Source of the DNA: an uncultured Deinococcaceae bacterium
Lineage (GTDB): Bacteria; Deinococcota; Deinococci; Deinococcales; Deinococcaceae
Direction of reading: 5' to 3'
Length of the DNA: 64,000 nt
NCBI GenBank assembly: GCA_964252075.1
Contig: CAXULY010000009.1
Span: 76,434-140,433 of the forward strand
The notes under the pieces are model-generated. The model was not told the DNA's origin and did no database searches. It saw only the letters and a program-made list of their open reading frames with translations. The position numbers and the translations under genes are program-made. This document shows, piece by piece, positions 44,372 through 53,970 of this stretch; position 1 is the stretch's first letter, and each line of letters opens with the position of its first letter.

Positions 44372-45055
44372 ATGAGCGACGAACCGCAGAAGACCGCCTA
44401 CGACCAGCTGTCCCCGAAGCAGCGCAAGTTCGTCAACCATTACGTGGGTCACCTGAACGCCACGCGCGCCGGGCGTGAAGCGGGGTACGCGAACCCCGAT
44501 GAGGGGCGCCGCCTGCGCCGGTACCCGAAGGTGGCCGCGGCCATTGACGAGCTGCTGGAACAGGACAGCATGCCCAAGGCGGAGATCCGCGCGCGGCTGG
44601 AGCGGGACGCGCGCTTCGACCTGGATGAGTTCATGCGCGTGGCGACGGGCGAGCGCATCTTCTGGGTGCGGGCGCTCGAGCACGAGCCGGTGCGGGAGCT
44701 GGCCACCCGGCGCGGCGTGACGGCGGACGCCCTGGACGCCGGGGACCTCGCCTATGAACTCGGCGCGGACCAGGTGGCCACCACCCTGGACGGCACCCTC
44801 ATGGTCCGCGTCGCCACCATCAGCCAGGACGTGGAGGTGGACTGGGCCGCGCTCAAGGAAGCGGGCCTGCTCGGCGCCTTCAAGAAGATCAAGCGGCACA
44901 AGGACGGCGCCATCGAGTACGAGGTCAAGGACCAGCACCGCGCGCTGGAGCTGCTGGGCAAGGCGCAGCGCATGTGGGTGGAGCGCCAGGAGCACAGCGG
45001 CCCGGACGGCGAGCCCCTGAAGCTGTATGCGAACGTGGATCTGGAGGACGTGTGA
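44372..45055 (+). CDS. Terminase small subunit
   Basis: LSPKQRKFVNHY..LNATRA..EAGY; ALELLGK. Confidence 0.88.
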   Translation: MSDEPQKTAYDQLSPKQRKFVNHYVGHLNATRAGREAGYANPDEGRRLRRYPKVAAAIDELLEQDSMPKAEIRARLERDARFDLDEFMRVATGERIFWVRALEHEPVRELATRRGVTADALDAGDLAYELGADQVATTLDGTLMVRVATISQDVEVDWAALKEAGLLGAFKKIKRHKDGAIEYEVKDQHRALELLGKAQRMWVERQEHSGPDGEPLKLYANVDLEDV

Positions 45056-46350
45056 CCGCCCTCGTGGAGCCTTACGCCCCCTACGGCAGCGCCGCCGCGC
45101 TGTTCCGCGCGAAGGACCCTGAGGTGCTGCTGAGCGGCCCGGCGGGCACCGGCAAGAGCCGTGCGTGCCTGGAGAAGCTGTACCTGTGCGCCCTGAAGTA
45201 CAGCGGCATGCGCGCCCTGATCGTGCGCAAGACCCGCGCGAGCCTCACCCAGACCGGCCTCATCACCTTCGAGCGCAAGGTGCTGCCGCCCGGCAGCCGG
45301 GTGAAGCGCAACACCACCACCGACAGCTACAAGCTGCCGAACGGCTCCGAGATCGTGTGCGCCGGGCTGGACAACGAAGTGCGCATCATGTCCACCGAGT
45401 ACGACATGGTGTTTGTCCAGGAGGCCACGGAGCTGACCGAGAGTGACTGGGAGAGCCTGACCACGCGCCTGCGCAACAACGTCATGCCCTACCAGCAGCT
45501 CATCGCGGACTGCAACCCCAGCCACCCCAAGCACTGGCTGAAGCAGCGCTGCGACCGCGGCCACTGCCGCCTCATCGCCTGCACCCACCAGGACAACCCC
45601 ACCCTGTGGGACCGCACGCGCGAAGCCTGGACGCGCCTCGGTCAGACGTACCTCGCCACGCTGGACCGCCTGACGGGCGTGCGCGCCCTTCGCCTGAAGG
45701 ATGGCAAGTGGGCCGCGAGTGAAGGCATGGTCTACAAGGACTGGGACGACCAGGTGCACGTGATCGACCCCTTCGAGATCCCCGCGGACTGGCGCCGCAT
45801 CCGGGTGATCGACTTCGGCTTCACAAACCCCTTCGTGTGCCAGTGGTGGGCGGTGGACGGCGACAACCGCATGTACCGCTACCGCGAGATCTACATGACG
45901 CAGCGCCTGGTGGAGGACCACGCCCGGCAGATCAAAGAGGTGGAGGGCGAGGGGGAAACCATCGAAGCGACCATCTGTGACCATGACGCGGAGGACCGCG
46001 CGACGCTCGAGCGGCACCTGGGCTGCGACACGCTGGCCGCGCACAAGGCGGTGAGTGAGGGCATCCAGGCGAATCAGGCGCGCCTGCGCGTGCAGAAGGA
46101 CGGGCGGGCGCGCGTCTTCTTCTTCCGGGACGCGCTGGTGGAAGTGGACACCGGCCTGGAAGAGCGCAAGCTTCCGCTCAGCACGGTCGATGAGGCGCCC
46201 GGGTACGAGTGGGCGAAGAGCAACACCGGCACCAGCAAGGAAGCGCCCGTGAAGCAGAACGATCACGGCATGGACACCTGGCGGTACGCGACCGCCTATG
46301 TGGACGAACTGGGTGAGCAGAAGGCCTTTCACTTCGGGGTGGTTTCATGA
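45052..46350 (+). CDS. Terminase large subunit (PBSX-like)
   Basis: GPAGTGKS, VQEATE, CNP, DFGFTNP, DHGMDTWRY. Confidence 0.92.
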   Translation: MTALVEPYAPYGSAAALFRAKDPEVLLSGPAGTGKSRACLEKLYLCALKYSGMRALIVRKTRASLTQTGLITFERKVLPPGSRVKRNTTTDSYKLPNGSEIVCAGLDNEVRIMSTEYDMVFVQEATELTESDWESLTTRLRNNVMPYQQLIADCNPSHPKHWLKQRCDRGHCRLIACTHQDNPTLWDRTREAWTRLGQTYLATLDRLTGVRALRLKDGKWAASEGMVYKDWDDQVHVIDPFEIPADWRRIRVIDFGFTNPFVCQWWAVDGDNRMYRYREIYMTQRLVEDHARQIKEVEGEGETIEATICDHDAEDRATLERHLGCDTLAAHKAVSEGIQANQARLRVQKDGRARVFFFRDALVEVDTGLEERKLPLSTVDEAPGYEWAKSNTGTSKEAPVKQNDHGMDTWRYATAYVDELGEQKAFHFGVVS

Positions 46351-48356
46351 ACTGGATTCAAGCGCTGGGCGCCCGCATGCTGGGCCTCGAGGTCAAGGCG
46401 GGGCCGAGCAGCGGGCCGGTGTTCGTGGGCGCCCGCCAGGACGGCAAGCCCGTCACCACCGAGTGGGACGCCGAGAAGGCCGTCACGGAGGGCCTAAAGG
46501 CGAACACCTGGGTGTACGCGGCGGTCAGCAAGGTGGCCACGGGCTTCGCCTCGGTGCCGCTGGTGCTGGAGCAGCTGAAGGGGGACGCCTGGACGCCGGA
46601 CCCTGCCCACGAGATCCAGGCGCTGCTGGACCACCCGAATGACCACATGGCGCGTCAGGACGTGATGGAGCGCTGGGCCTACCACATGCTGCTGACCGGG
46701 AACGCCCTGTGGCTGAAGACCATCGCGGGCGGGAAGGTGATCGAGGTGTGGCCGGTGCTGCCGCAGCAGATCAAGCCCATTCCCTCGCGCGCGGACTTCC
46801 TGAAGGGCTACGAGTACAAGCCCACGCCCCAGGACAAGATCACGAAGAAGCCGGAGGAAGTGGCGCACTGGATGTTCGTGGACCCCAACAACCCCTACTG
46901 GGGCCTGGCACCCTTGCAGGCGGCAGCGGCGGCGGTGGACACGGACATGCTGGCGGCAGGCTGGCAGCGCCAGCTGCTCGGCAAGGGCGGGCGCCCCGGC
47001 CTGGTCGTGATGCTGGACAGCTCCCTGCCCCTCAACCGGCAGAAGGAAGCGCAGGCCTTCATCAATGAGCAGATGGGCCAGGGCCGCAGCGTCAGCGCCC
47101 TGGTGGTGGGCGGCGCGACCAAAGCACAGCCGCTCAGCCTGAACGCCCTGGAGCTGGACTACCTGAACTCCAGGAAGTTCACCCGTGAGGAAGTGGCCGC
47201 GGCGTTCGGCGTGCCGCCCGTGCTGCTGTCCTTCGGGGAGGCCGCGACGTTCGCCAACCTGGACGCCGCGAAGACGGCGCTGTGGGAAGACCGCATCGTG
47301 CCGCTGCTGGAGGACTACACGCAGGGCCTCATGTCCACCCTGTTCCCGCACTGGGGCCTCACGCAGGCCGGGTGGCGCATCCGCGCGGACCTGAGCGGCG
47401 TGCGCGCCCTGCAGAGCAACCTGCGCACGCAGGCGGACGTCCAGCAGGTGAAGGCCACCACCCTGAAGACCCTGGTGGAAGCGGGCGTGCCGGTGAACGT
47501 GGCGCGCGCCTTCCTGGACCTGGACATGCCGGACATCGAGGGCGGGGACGCCCCGCGCCCTCCAACCCCCCAGGGACAGCCACCCCCGGCGAGTAAGGCC
47601 GCGCGCCGCGCCCTCCAGCGGAAGGACAAGGGGGACCCGGTGAGCCCCGCCGCGCAGCTCGCCCGGCGGGATGAATGGGAGGGCGAGATCCGGAAGAAGG
47701 TGGCCAGCCTGCTGCTCGAGGCGGGCGACACCTACGCCAGCGCCTACGCGGACGGCAGCCTGGACCAGCTGGACGAAGCGGTGGACCTGAGCATGGATGA
47801 ATGGCAGGCGCTGCTGGAAGCGACGCACCAGGCGGTCATTGAGGCGGAAGGGGGCATCGCGTACACGGCCGCGCTGAAGGCCATCTCCAGTTCCGGCGGG
47901 GGCGGCGCGTTTGACGTGCTGGACCCCGCCGTGACCGACTGGATCAGCGGGCACACGGCGGACGCGGTGAAGGGCATCACCACCACCACCCGGGACGCGC
48001 TGCGCGGCGTGGTCAGCACGGGCGTCAGCAACGGCGACAGCGTGCGCGACATCGCAAAAGCCATCAAGGCCCAGTGCATCACCTGGAGCGACACGCGCGC
48101 CACCCTCGTGGCCCGCACCGAGGTGGCCACCGCCTTTGGCGCGGCCCACCAGCTGAGCGCCCAGCAGATCCAGGACCACCTGGGCGTGGAGATGGTGAAG
48201 ACCTGGCACGCCACCGAAGACAGTCGCACGCGCCCCGAGCACGCCGAGATGGACGGCGAGACCGTGGCCATCGACGCGGCCTTCAGCAACGGCCTGGACT
48301 ACCCGAGCGAACCGAACTGCAGGTGCGTGGTCACGTTCGACCAGAAGGGAGGATGA
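46347..48356 (+). CDS. Portal protein fused to an SPP1 gp7/Mu gpF-like minor head domain
   Basis: HK97-type portal (GLAPL, AFGVPP), then ARTEV...KTWHATEDSRTRPEH...PNCRC. Confidence 0.88.
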   Translation: MNWIQALGARMLGLEVKAGPSSGPVFVGARQDGKPVTTEWDAEKAVTEGLKANTWVYAAVSKVATGFASVPLVLEQLKGDAWTPDPAHEIQALLDHPNDHMARQDVMERWAYHMLLTGNALWLKTIAGGKVIEVWPVLPQQIKPIPSRADFLKGYEYKPTPQDKITKKPEEVAHWMFVDPNNPYWGLAPLQAAAAAVDTDMLAAGWQRQLLGKGGRPGLVVMLDSSLPLNRQKEAQAFINEQMGQGRSVSALVVGGATKAQPLSLNALELDYLNSRKFTREEVAAAFGVPPVLLSFGEAATFANLDAAKTALWEDRIVPLLEDYTQGLMSTLFPHWGLTQAGWRIRADLSGVRALQSNLRTQADVQQVKATTLKTLVEAGVPVNVARAFLDLDMPDIEGGDAPRPPTPQGQPPPASKAARRALQRKDKGDPVSPAAQLARRDEWEGEIRKKVASLLLEAGDTYASAYADGSLDQLDEAVDLSMDEWQALLEATHQAVIEAEGGIAYTAALKAISSSGGGGAFDVLDPAVTDWISGHTADAVKGITTTTRDALRGVVSTGVSNGDSVRDIAKAIKAQCITWSDTRATLVARTEVATAFGAAHQLSAQQIQDHLGVEMVKTWHATEDSRTRPEHAEMDGETVAIDAAFSNGLDYPSEPNCRCVVTFDQKGG

Positions 48357-49225
48357 GCATGAGCAAACCAGCGAAGCCCACCGGCACCGCGGAAACGAAA
48401 GCCTTTCACGTGGAGGTCAAGGCCGCGCCGGAGGGCATCATCGAAGCCTACGCAGCGGCCTTCGACAACGTGGATGACTGGGGTGACGTCATCGTGCGCG
48501 GCGCGTTCACGAAGACCATTCAGGAGCGCGGCCCGGCGGGCACCAAGAAGATCCGGGTGCTGCTGAACCACGACAGCTACATGAACCTGCCCGTGGGCAC
48601 CCCACAGGCCATGAGCGAAGACGGCTACGGCCTGCTCACCACCACGAAGATGAGCAAGACGCAGCTGGGCCAGGACGTGTACACCCTCGCCAGTGAGGGC
48701 GCCATTGGTGACCTGAGCATCGGGTACTACGCCATGCAGGCCACCTACCCGGACGATCAGGCCAGCAAGATGGCGGGCATCTGGCGTGTCCTGAACGAAG
48801 TGAAGCTGGTGGAATACAGCTTCCTGAGCGCGTCCCCCGCGAACGAAAAGGCCATCATCCTGGGCGTGAAGAGCGGCCAGGACCTCGAGCGCGAGATCCG
48901 GCGGTGGACGGCCATCGCTCAGGTGGGTCTCGCCACGAAGGAAGGGCGCAAGCTCAGCGGCGAGAACGCGAAGCGCGTCCTGAACGCCCTCAAGGAACTC
49001 AACGACCTCATTTCCGCTGCCGGGCTGGACGAAGCCGACCCCGAAGACGGGGCCACTTCGACCAACACCACGGCTGAAAAATCCAGCGCCGAGCCGCCCA
49101 CGCACTCGCTGCTGGCGTCCGCCATTCGTGAGCACACCCGCACACTCGACACCAAGAGCAAAACCGCCGGCCTGCTGGCGGAGCTGCGTTCCTTCGGTGC
49201 GTCCCTGGGAGGGAACCAACCATGA
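48353..49225 (+). CDS. HK97-family prohead protease
   Basis: YAAAFDNVD.WGDVI..GAF, LLNHD, LSIGY, EYS...PAN. Confidence 0.9.
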   Translation: MSMSKPAKPTGTAETKAFHVEVKAAPEGIIEAYAAAFDNVDDWGDVIVRGAFTKTIQERGPAGTKKIRVLLNHDSYMNLPVGTPQAMSEDGYGLLTTTKMSKTQLGQDVYTLASEGAIGDLSIGYYAMQATYPDDQASKMAGIWRVLNEVKLVEYSFLSASPANEKAIILGVKSGQDLEREIRRWTAIAQVGLATKEGRKLSGENAKRVLNALKELNDLISAAGLDEADPEDGATSTNTTAEKSSAEPPTHSLLASAIREHTRTLDTKSKTAGLLAELRSFGASLGGNQP

Positions 49226-50484
49226 TGAAACTGCGTCACCTGAACCTGCTCACCCTGTCCGCCGCGCTCACCAGCGCGGCGGTGTCCGTTCCGCGCGCCT
49301 ACGGCGATGACGACCCCGTGGCGGTGGTCAAAGAGGAGCTGAAGAGCCTCGAAACCCGCATCGTGAAGCTGCAGGATGACCGCTTCGAGCAGTTCAAAGC
49401 GGGCCTCAGCCTGCCCGACACGGACAAGCGCCTGACCGCGCTGGAGAAGCAGCACGCCGATGCCACCGCCGAGATGAAGGGCCTGATGGAGGAAGCCCAG
49501 AAGAAGCTGGGCCGCCTCGAGAATGGCGGCGGCGGCGAGGGCGAGGGCGAGCGCCGCAGCCCCGGCCAGCAGCTGGTGGAGTCCAAGAGCTTCAAGGACA
49601 ACGTGCGCCCCGGCGAGCGTGAGCGCTTCGTGGCGAAGGCCGAGGTGAAGGCCCTGAGCACGCAGGCGGGCAGCGCCGCCAAGCTGGTCACGCAGCCGCA
49701 GCGCCTCGCCATGTTCGAGGCGCCCGATGAGCCGCACATCCGTGACCTGTTCGCGCAGGGCACCACCACCAGCCAGCAGCTCACCTTCCCCGTGCGCGTC
49801 ACGTACACGAACAACGCGGGCATGGTGGCGGAGCTGGCGCAGAAGCCCGAGTCGGACATGACCTTTGACGACAAGACCTTCCCCGTGCGGAAGATCGCGC
49901 ACTTCGTGCGGCTCAGCGATGAGCTGCTGGCCGACGCGCCCGCCATCCAGTCCTATGTGGACGCGCAGCTGATCGAGGGCCTGAAGGACAAGGAAGACGT
50001 CCAGCTGATCAAGGGGGACGGCACCGGCCAGAACCTCACGGGCGTCTACACCGCCGCCGCCGTGTTCAACCGCATCGTTGCGAACGACACGCTGCTGGAC
50101 AAGATCCGCCGCGCCACCACGCAGCTGCGCCTGGCGCACTACGCGGCCACCGGCCTGATCCTCTCCCCCATCGACTGGGAAGCCATCGAGCTGCTGAAGG
50201 GCACGGACAGCCGGTACCTGTGGGTCACGGTGCCGGACGGCGGGCAGCAGCGCATCTGGCGCGTGCCGGTGCGCGACACCACCGCGATGGCCAGCGGCGA
50301 GTGGCTGCTGGGCAACTTCACGCGCGGCGCGCAGATCTTCGACCGCCTGGACGCCACGGTAGAGATGACCAACACCAACGCCAACGACTTCGAGCTGAAC
50401 CGCGTCACCATCCGCGCGGAAGAGCGCCTGGCGCTGGTGATCTACGACACCACCGCCTTCGTGAAGAACGCACCGGCCACCTGA
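49222..50484 (+). CDS. Major capsid protein (HK97 fold)
   Basis: Coiled-coil delta domain; KPES, KIAH...SDELLAD, GDGTG.NL.G, IRAEER. Confidence 0.93.
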   Translation: MMKLRHLNLLTLSAALTSAAVSVPRAYGDDDPVAVVKEELKSLETRIVKLQDDRFEQFKAGLSLPDTDKRLTALEKQHADATAEMKGLMEEAQKKLGRLENGGGGEGEGERRSPGQQLVESKSFKDNVRPGERERFVAKAEVKALSTQAGSAAKLVTQPQRLAMFEAPDEPHIRDLFAQGTTTSQQLTFPVRVTYTNNAGMVAELAQKPESDMTFDDKTFPVRKIAHFVRLSDELLADAPAIQSYVDAQLIEGLKDKEDVQLIKGDGTGQNLTGVYTAAAVFNRIVANDTLLDKIRRATTQLRLAHYAATGLILSPIDWEAIELLKGTDSRYLWVTVPDGGQQRIWRVPVRDTTAMASGEWLLGNFTRGAQIFDRLDATVEMTNTNANDFELNRVTIRAEERLALVIYDTTAFVKNAPAT

Positions 50485-50530
50485 GCCGCGCCGCGCCCAC
50501 CCACCGCCACCCCACCCGAAGGGAGCTGCC

Positions 50531-50971
50531 ATGAAGGTCAAAGCCCTGTTCGGCTTCTCCGGCTCGCACGGCGACGTGCAGGCCGGGCAGACGCTGAACG
50601 TCCAAAACCCCGAGCACCTGGCGCACTACGCGCGCCTGGGGCTCATCGTGCCGCTGGACGCCGCGCTGGAGTTCGACCCGAACGAACCGGGCGTGACGCG
50701 CAAGCGCCTGAACGGCGAGACCGTGCCGCCCGCGCCAGCACAGACGCTGCAGCCCGCCGATCAGCTCACGGACGAACAGCGCGCCGCCCAGCTGCGCGCT
50801 GAGCAGGATGAGCGCCTGCAACCCTTCGCGGGTGGGGGCGACTGGTACCGCTTCGCGCCGCTCGAGGAAGGCGGCGAGCCGGTGAAGGTGCAGGGGCGCG
50901 AGGCGGCGCTGGAGTACCTGACCGCGAACCCGGGGGCCAAGCCGCATGCCGCTGCTGACGCCCCCGACTGA
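50531..50971 (+). CDS. Hypothetical head-associated protein
   Basis: Position after the capsid gene; SD. Confidence 0.65.
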   Translation: MKVKALFGFSGSHGDVQAGQTLNVQNPEHLAHYARLGLIVPLDAALEFDPNEPGVTRKRLNGETVPPAPAQTLQPADQLTDEQRAAQLRAEQDERLQPFAGGGDWYRFAPLEEGGEPVKVQGREAALEYLTANPGAKPHAAADAPD

Positions 50972-51443
50972 CAGCCCGCTCACCCAGGCCCAGCTGGACG
51001 CGGCGCTGGCCCTCGTGGCGGCGGAGCTGGGCGCCAGCACCCTGGAGGCGCACTCCGTGACGGAGGGCGGCACGGTGGGCAGCAGCGGCCTCATCTGGCT
51101 GTCTGACGGCCCGGCCACCGCCATAGGGACCCTCAACCTGAACGGCGCGCCCGCCGCGGGGGTGCTGCGCTCGCCGTGGTGCCTGGACGTGTCCAGCGTG
51201 CGCGGCGTGAGCGACTGGGCCACCGCCTACGCCGTGACGTACACGGCGGGCTGGGCAGAGGGCAACCTGCCGCCCGCCCTCCAGCAGGCGGTGCTGCTCA
51301 CGGCGGAAGCACTGGCGAACCGCCCGGACCCGACCCTCAAGAGTGAGAGCGAGGGGCCGGTGAGCCGGTCGTGGGACACCAGCCTGCCCGTGTCCCCCAT
51401 GGCGGGGGCGCTGCTGGACCGCTGGCGCGCGCTGAGGGTGTGA
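50946..51443 (+). CDS. Head-tail connector (adaptor)
   Basis: VTYTAGW...LPPALQQAVL...KSESEG. Confidence 0.75.
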   Translation: MPLLTPPTDSPLTQAQLDAALALVAAELGASTLEAHSVTEGGTVGSSGLIWLSDGPATAIGTLNLNGAPAAGVLRSPWCLDVSSVRGVSDWATAYAVTYTAGWAEGNLPPALQQAVLLTAEALANRPDPTLKSESEGPVSRSWDTSLPVSPMAGALLDRWRALRV

Positions 51444-51760
51444 TGCGCGGCCCCAGGTGGGCGCGCACCGCGCGCGCCACGGTCCTGGACCAGGGCCGGT
51501 CCGCTCCGGACCGCCTGGGCCAGGGCAAGGCCACGTGGGTGGCGCGGCCCGCCACCGTCCCCTGCGCGGACCACCCGATCAGCGCGCAGGGCGTGCGGCG
51601 CGCGCAACTGCTGGACATCAAGGCCACGCGCGAACTGTACCTGGACCCGGTGGACCTGAGCCCCCTCACCACGCGCGTGCAGGTGAACGGCCGCACGTAT
51701 GAGGTGCGGGACGTGCAGGCGTGGTCCGGTGTGGTGCGCGTGCTGGCAGAGGAGGTGTGA
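51443..51760 (+). CDS. Head closure protein
   Basis: Position; DRLGQ, RVQVNGRTYEV. Confidence 0.6.
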   Translation: MRGPRWARTARATVLDQGRSAPDRLGQGKATWVARPATVPCADHPISAQGVRRAQLLDIKATRELYLDPVDLSPLTTRVQVNGRTYEVRDVQAWSGVVRVLAEEV

Positions 51761-51761
51761 C

Positions 51762-52109
51762 ATGGAGTTGAGACACAGCCGGGCGCGGGTGGGTGAACTG
51801 CTCGAGCAGCGGGCGGGCCTGAAGGCGCAGAACCTCCGGACCCGCATTATTGAGAACCTGAGCACGCCCGGCAGCGGGCGCACGTACTCGCGCGGCGGGC
51901 GGTCCCACCAGGCCAGCGCGCCCGGCGACGGGCCCGCGGTGGACACGGGGCGCCTGCGGCAGAGCATCGCCGTGGTGCGCGTCGCGGACGGGCATTACAA
52001 GGTGGGCACGAACGTCCAGTACGCGCCGTTCCTGGAGTTCGGCACGCGCCGCATGGCACCCCGCCCCTTCATGCGCCCCGCGCTGGAGGCGGAACGTGCA
52101 GGCCGTTGA
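51762..52109 (+). CDS. HK97 gp10-family neck protein
   Basis: PAVDTGRLRQSI, YAPFLEFGTRRMAPRPFMRPA. Confidence 0.88.
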   Translation: MELRHSRARVGELLEQRAGLKAQNLRTRIIENLSTPGSGRTYSRGGRSHQASAPGDGPAVDTGRLRQSIAVVRVADGHYKVGTNVQYAPFLEFGTRRMAPRPFMRPALEAERAGR

Positions 52110-52413
52110 GGCGCTGGCCCGCGCGCACGACGCGCTGGCTGGGCTGTCCGCGCCCGTGTGCCTGCGCGGCGACACGGCGCCGCAGGAAGGGCCGTTCGCG
52201 CTGCTGGACCTCATCACCACCACGCCCTACGGGTACGGACAGGACGCCCAGCACCTGCTGCAGGTGTCGGTGTACGCCGAGCGGCAGACGGACGCCCACG
52301 AACTCAACGAAGAGGCGGCCACCCTGCTGGAGGCCGCCGGGTACCGGCGCGGGCAGACCCGCACGGCACCGGATGAAGAGATGCAGGGACTCACCACCGA
52401 CTGGAGGCTGTAA
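52096..52413 (+). CDS. Tail terminator/completion protein
   Basis: Position; LQVSVYA. Confidence 0.6.
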   Translation: MQAVEALARAHDALAGLSAPVCLRGDTAPQEGPFALLDLITTTPYGYGQDAQHLLQVSVYAERQTDAHELNEEAATLLEAAGYRRGQTRTAPDEEMQGLTTDWRL

Positions 52414-52890
52414 ATGGATTACCCCGATGGAGAAGTGATTTTCGGTAAGGGCACGCAGGTGCGGTATTCCGTCCTGACGGGCGGCAGCACCACGCGCCCC
52501 AGCGCCGCGAACGCCTTCAAGGTGCTCACGGGCGTCACCACGAGCGAACTGAAGGGCGGGCAGGACACGAAGGACATCCCCGGCGATTACGAGACGACCG
52601 AGGGGGACTGGAAGGACAGCAAGCCCGGCAGCCGCAGCTGGGGCTTCAGCCTCAGCGCGAACAAGAAGGCCAGCGACCCGCAGGCGGCGATGTTTCAGGA
52701 GCTGTGGGACGCCTGGGCGGCTGGCGGGTACGTGTGGGTGGAACGCCTGCTGCCGAACGATGACCAGTGGCGCGGCGGCCTCGCGTTCATCGCGGACCCC
52801 ACCGAGCCCGCCCCCTGGGACGGCGCGGTGACCTTCAGCTGCAGCTTCACCGGGAAGCGCGCCCTCACGAAGACCGCCGTGAGCACCTGA
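52414..52890 (+). CDS. Major tail tube protein
   Basis: GTQV, SWGFSLS, VTFSCSFTGK; siphovirus tube position. Confidence 0.8.
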   Translation: MDYPDGEVIFGKGTQVRYSVLTGGSTTRPSAANAFKVLTGVTTSELKGGQDTKDIPGDYETTEGDWKDSKPGSRSWGFSLSANKKASDPQAAMFQELWDAWAAGGYVWVERLLPNDDQWRGGLAFIADPTEPAPWDGAVTFSCSFTGKRALTKTAVST

Positions 52891-53132
52891 TGGAACTGCT
52901 CACCGTGACCCAGCGTGACGGTGAGCCGGTGGCCTGCGCCTACGGGGTGGAGCAACACGGCAGCTCCACCCTGCTGGCGGGCCTGCTGTTCGTGCGGGCG
53001 GGCCTCACCGACACCGACCTGCTTTTTGAAGACCCAACAACACGAGAAACGCGCCGCCTGCGGCTGCCCCAGAACACGCTGGGGCTGCCACAGGACGGCT
53101 TTTTGCGTCACGCCACCCTGGAGGCGCTGTGA
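52890..53132 (+). CDS. Hypothetical tail-region protein
   Basis: Coupled ORF MELLTVTQRDG. Confidence 0.6.
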   Translation: MELLTVTQRDGEPVACAYGVEQHGSSTLLAGLLFVRAGLTDTDLLFEDPTTRETRRLRLPQNTLGLPQDGFLRHATLEAL

Positions 53133-53626
53133 ATCAACTGGACTTGACCGGCGGCATCACCGAAACGCACACCCTCACCCTGCCCGAAGAGGCGCTGGAC
53201 ACCCTGCGCGCCGAGGGGCACGAGAGCCCACCCGCCACCATCACGCTGTTCCTGCGGGAGTGCACGAACGGCGAGCGGCGCCGCTTCGAGGCGGAGCTGG
53301 CCACCACGCGCGGCGCGGACGCGGAAATTGCGATGCTCGCGCGGGCGCTCATGCGGCGGGCCGCGCCGGGCACGGACGTGAAGGTGCTCATGGCGTACCT
53401 GGACGAGTCCAGCAGCACCGCGCGCGCGCAGCTCAGCACCGCCTACCTGCTGGGGTACATGCCGGACCCAAAACCTTTGGCCCGGACGCTGAGCCGGGTG
53501 CAGGGCGCGAACGTGAAGCTGGCGCTGAACAACCTGGAGGCGACCTTGAACGAAGAGAGCGAGACATCGCCCTCTTCGCCCGGTACTACGGCGTCAAACC
53601 CTGGGAGTTCGACCGACTCACCCTGA
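53129..53626 (+). CDS. Tail assembly chaperone (gpG-like)
   Basis: Between tube and TMP; contains slippery C CCA AAA. Confidence 0.7.
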   Translation: MNQLDLTGGITETHTLTLPEEALDTLRAEGHESPPATITLFLRECTNGERRRFEAELATTRGADAEIAMLARALMRRAAPGTDVKVLMAYLDESSSTARAQLSTAYLLGYMPDPKPLARTLSRVQGANVKLALNNLEATLNEESETSPSSPGTTASNPGSSTDSP

Positions 53627-53970
53627 GTCAGCACCGGGGGCTGGCGCGGCAGCTGGGCTTCATCCGGTACCTGGGGGACCAGCCGCAGCTGCTCGAGCAG
53701 TTCCGGAACTTCAGCGAGGAATCCATCAAGCGGCTGCTGAACCCCCAGGCGGGTGAACCGGACCAGCAGGCGGTGGACCGCCAGCGTGCGTACCGCGTGT
53801 GGGTGACGGAGATGTACGGAGATGTGTTCGGGCTGGCCAGCAAGCGCCGCCCGATGACCGCGCGCACCGCGCGGGAGTTCCGCGCCGCCATGCGCGCCGG
53901 ACGGGTGCCCACGTGGGTCCTGGACCTGGCGCCGCTCGGCGAGATCAGGCAGGCGGGAGGTGAGACATGA
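53467..53970 (+). CDS. -1 frameshift extension (gpT-like)
   Basis: -1 frame open from the slippery site to the stop overlapping the TMP ATG; ARYYGVKPWEFDRLT. Confidence 0.65.
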   Translation, partial: PKTFGPDAEPGAGREREAGAEQPGGDLERRERDIALFARYYGVKPWEFDRLTLSQHRGLARQLGFIRYLGDQPQLLEQFRNFSEESIKRLLNPQAGEPDQQAVDRQRAYRVWVTEMYGDVFGLASKRRPMTARTAREFRAAMRAGRVPTWVLDLAPLGEIRQAGGET

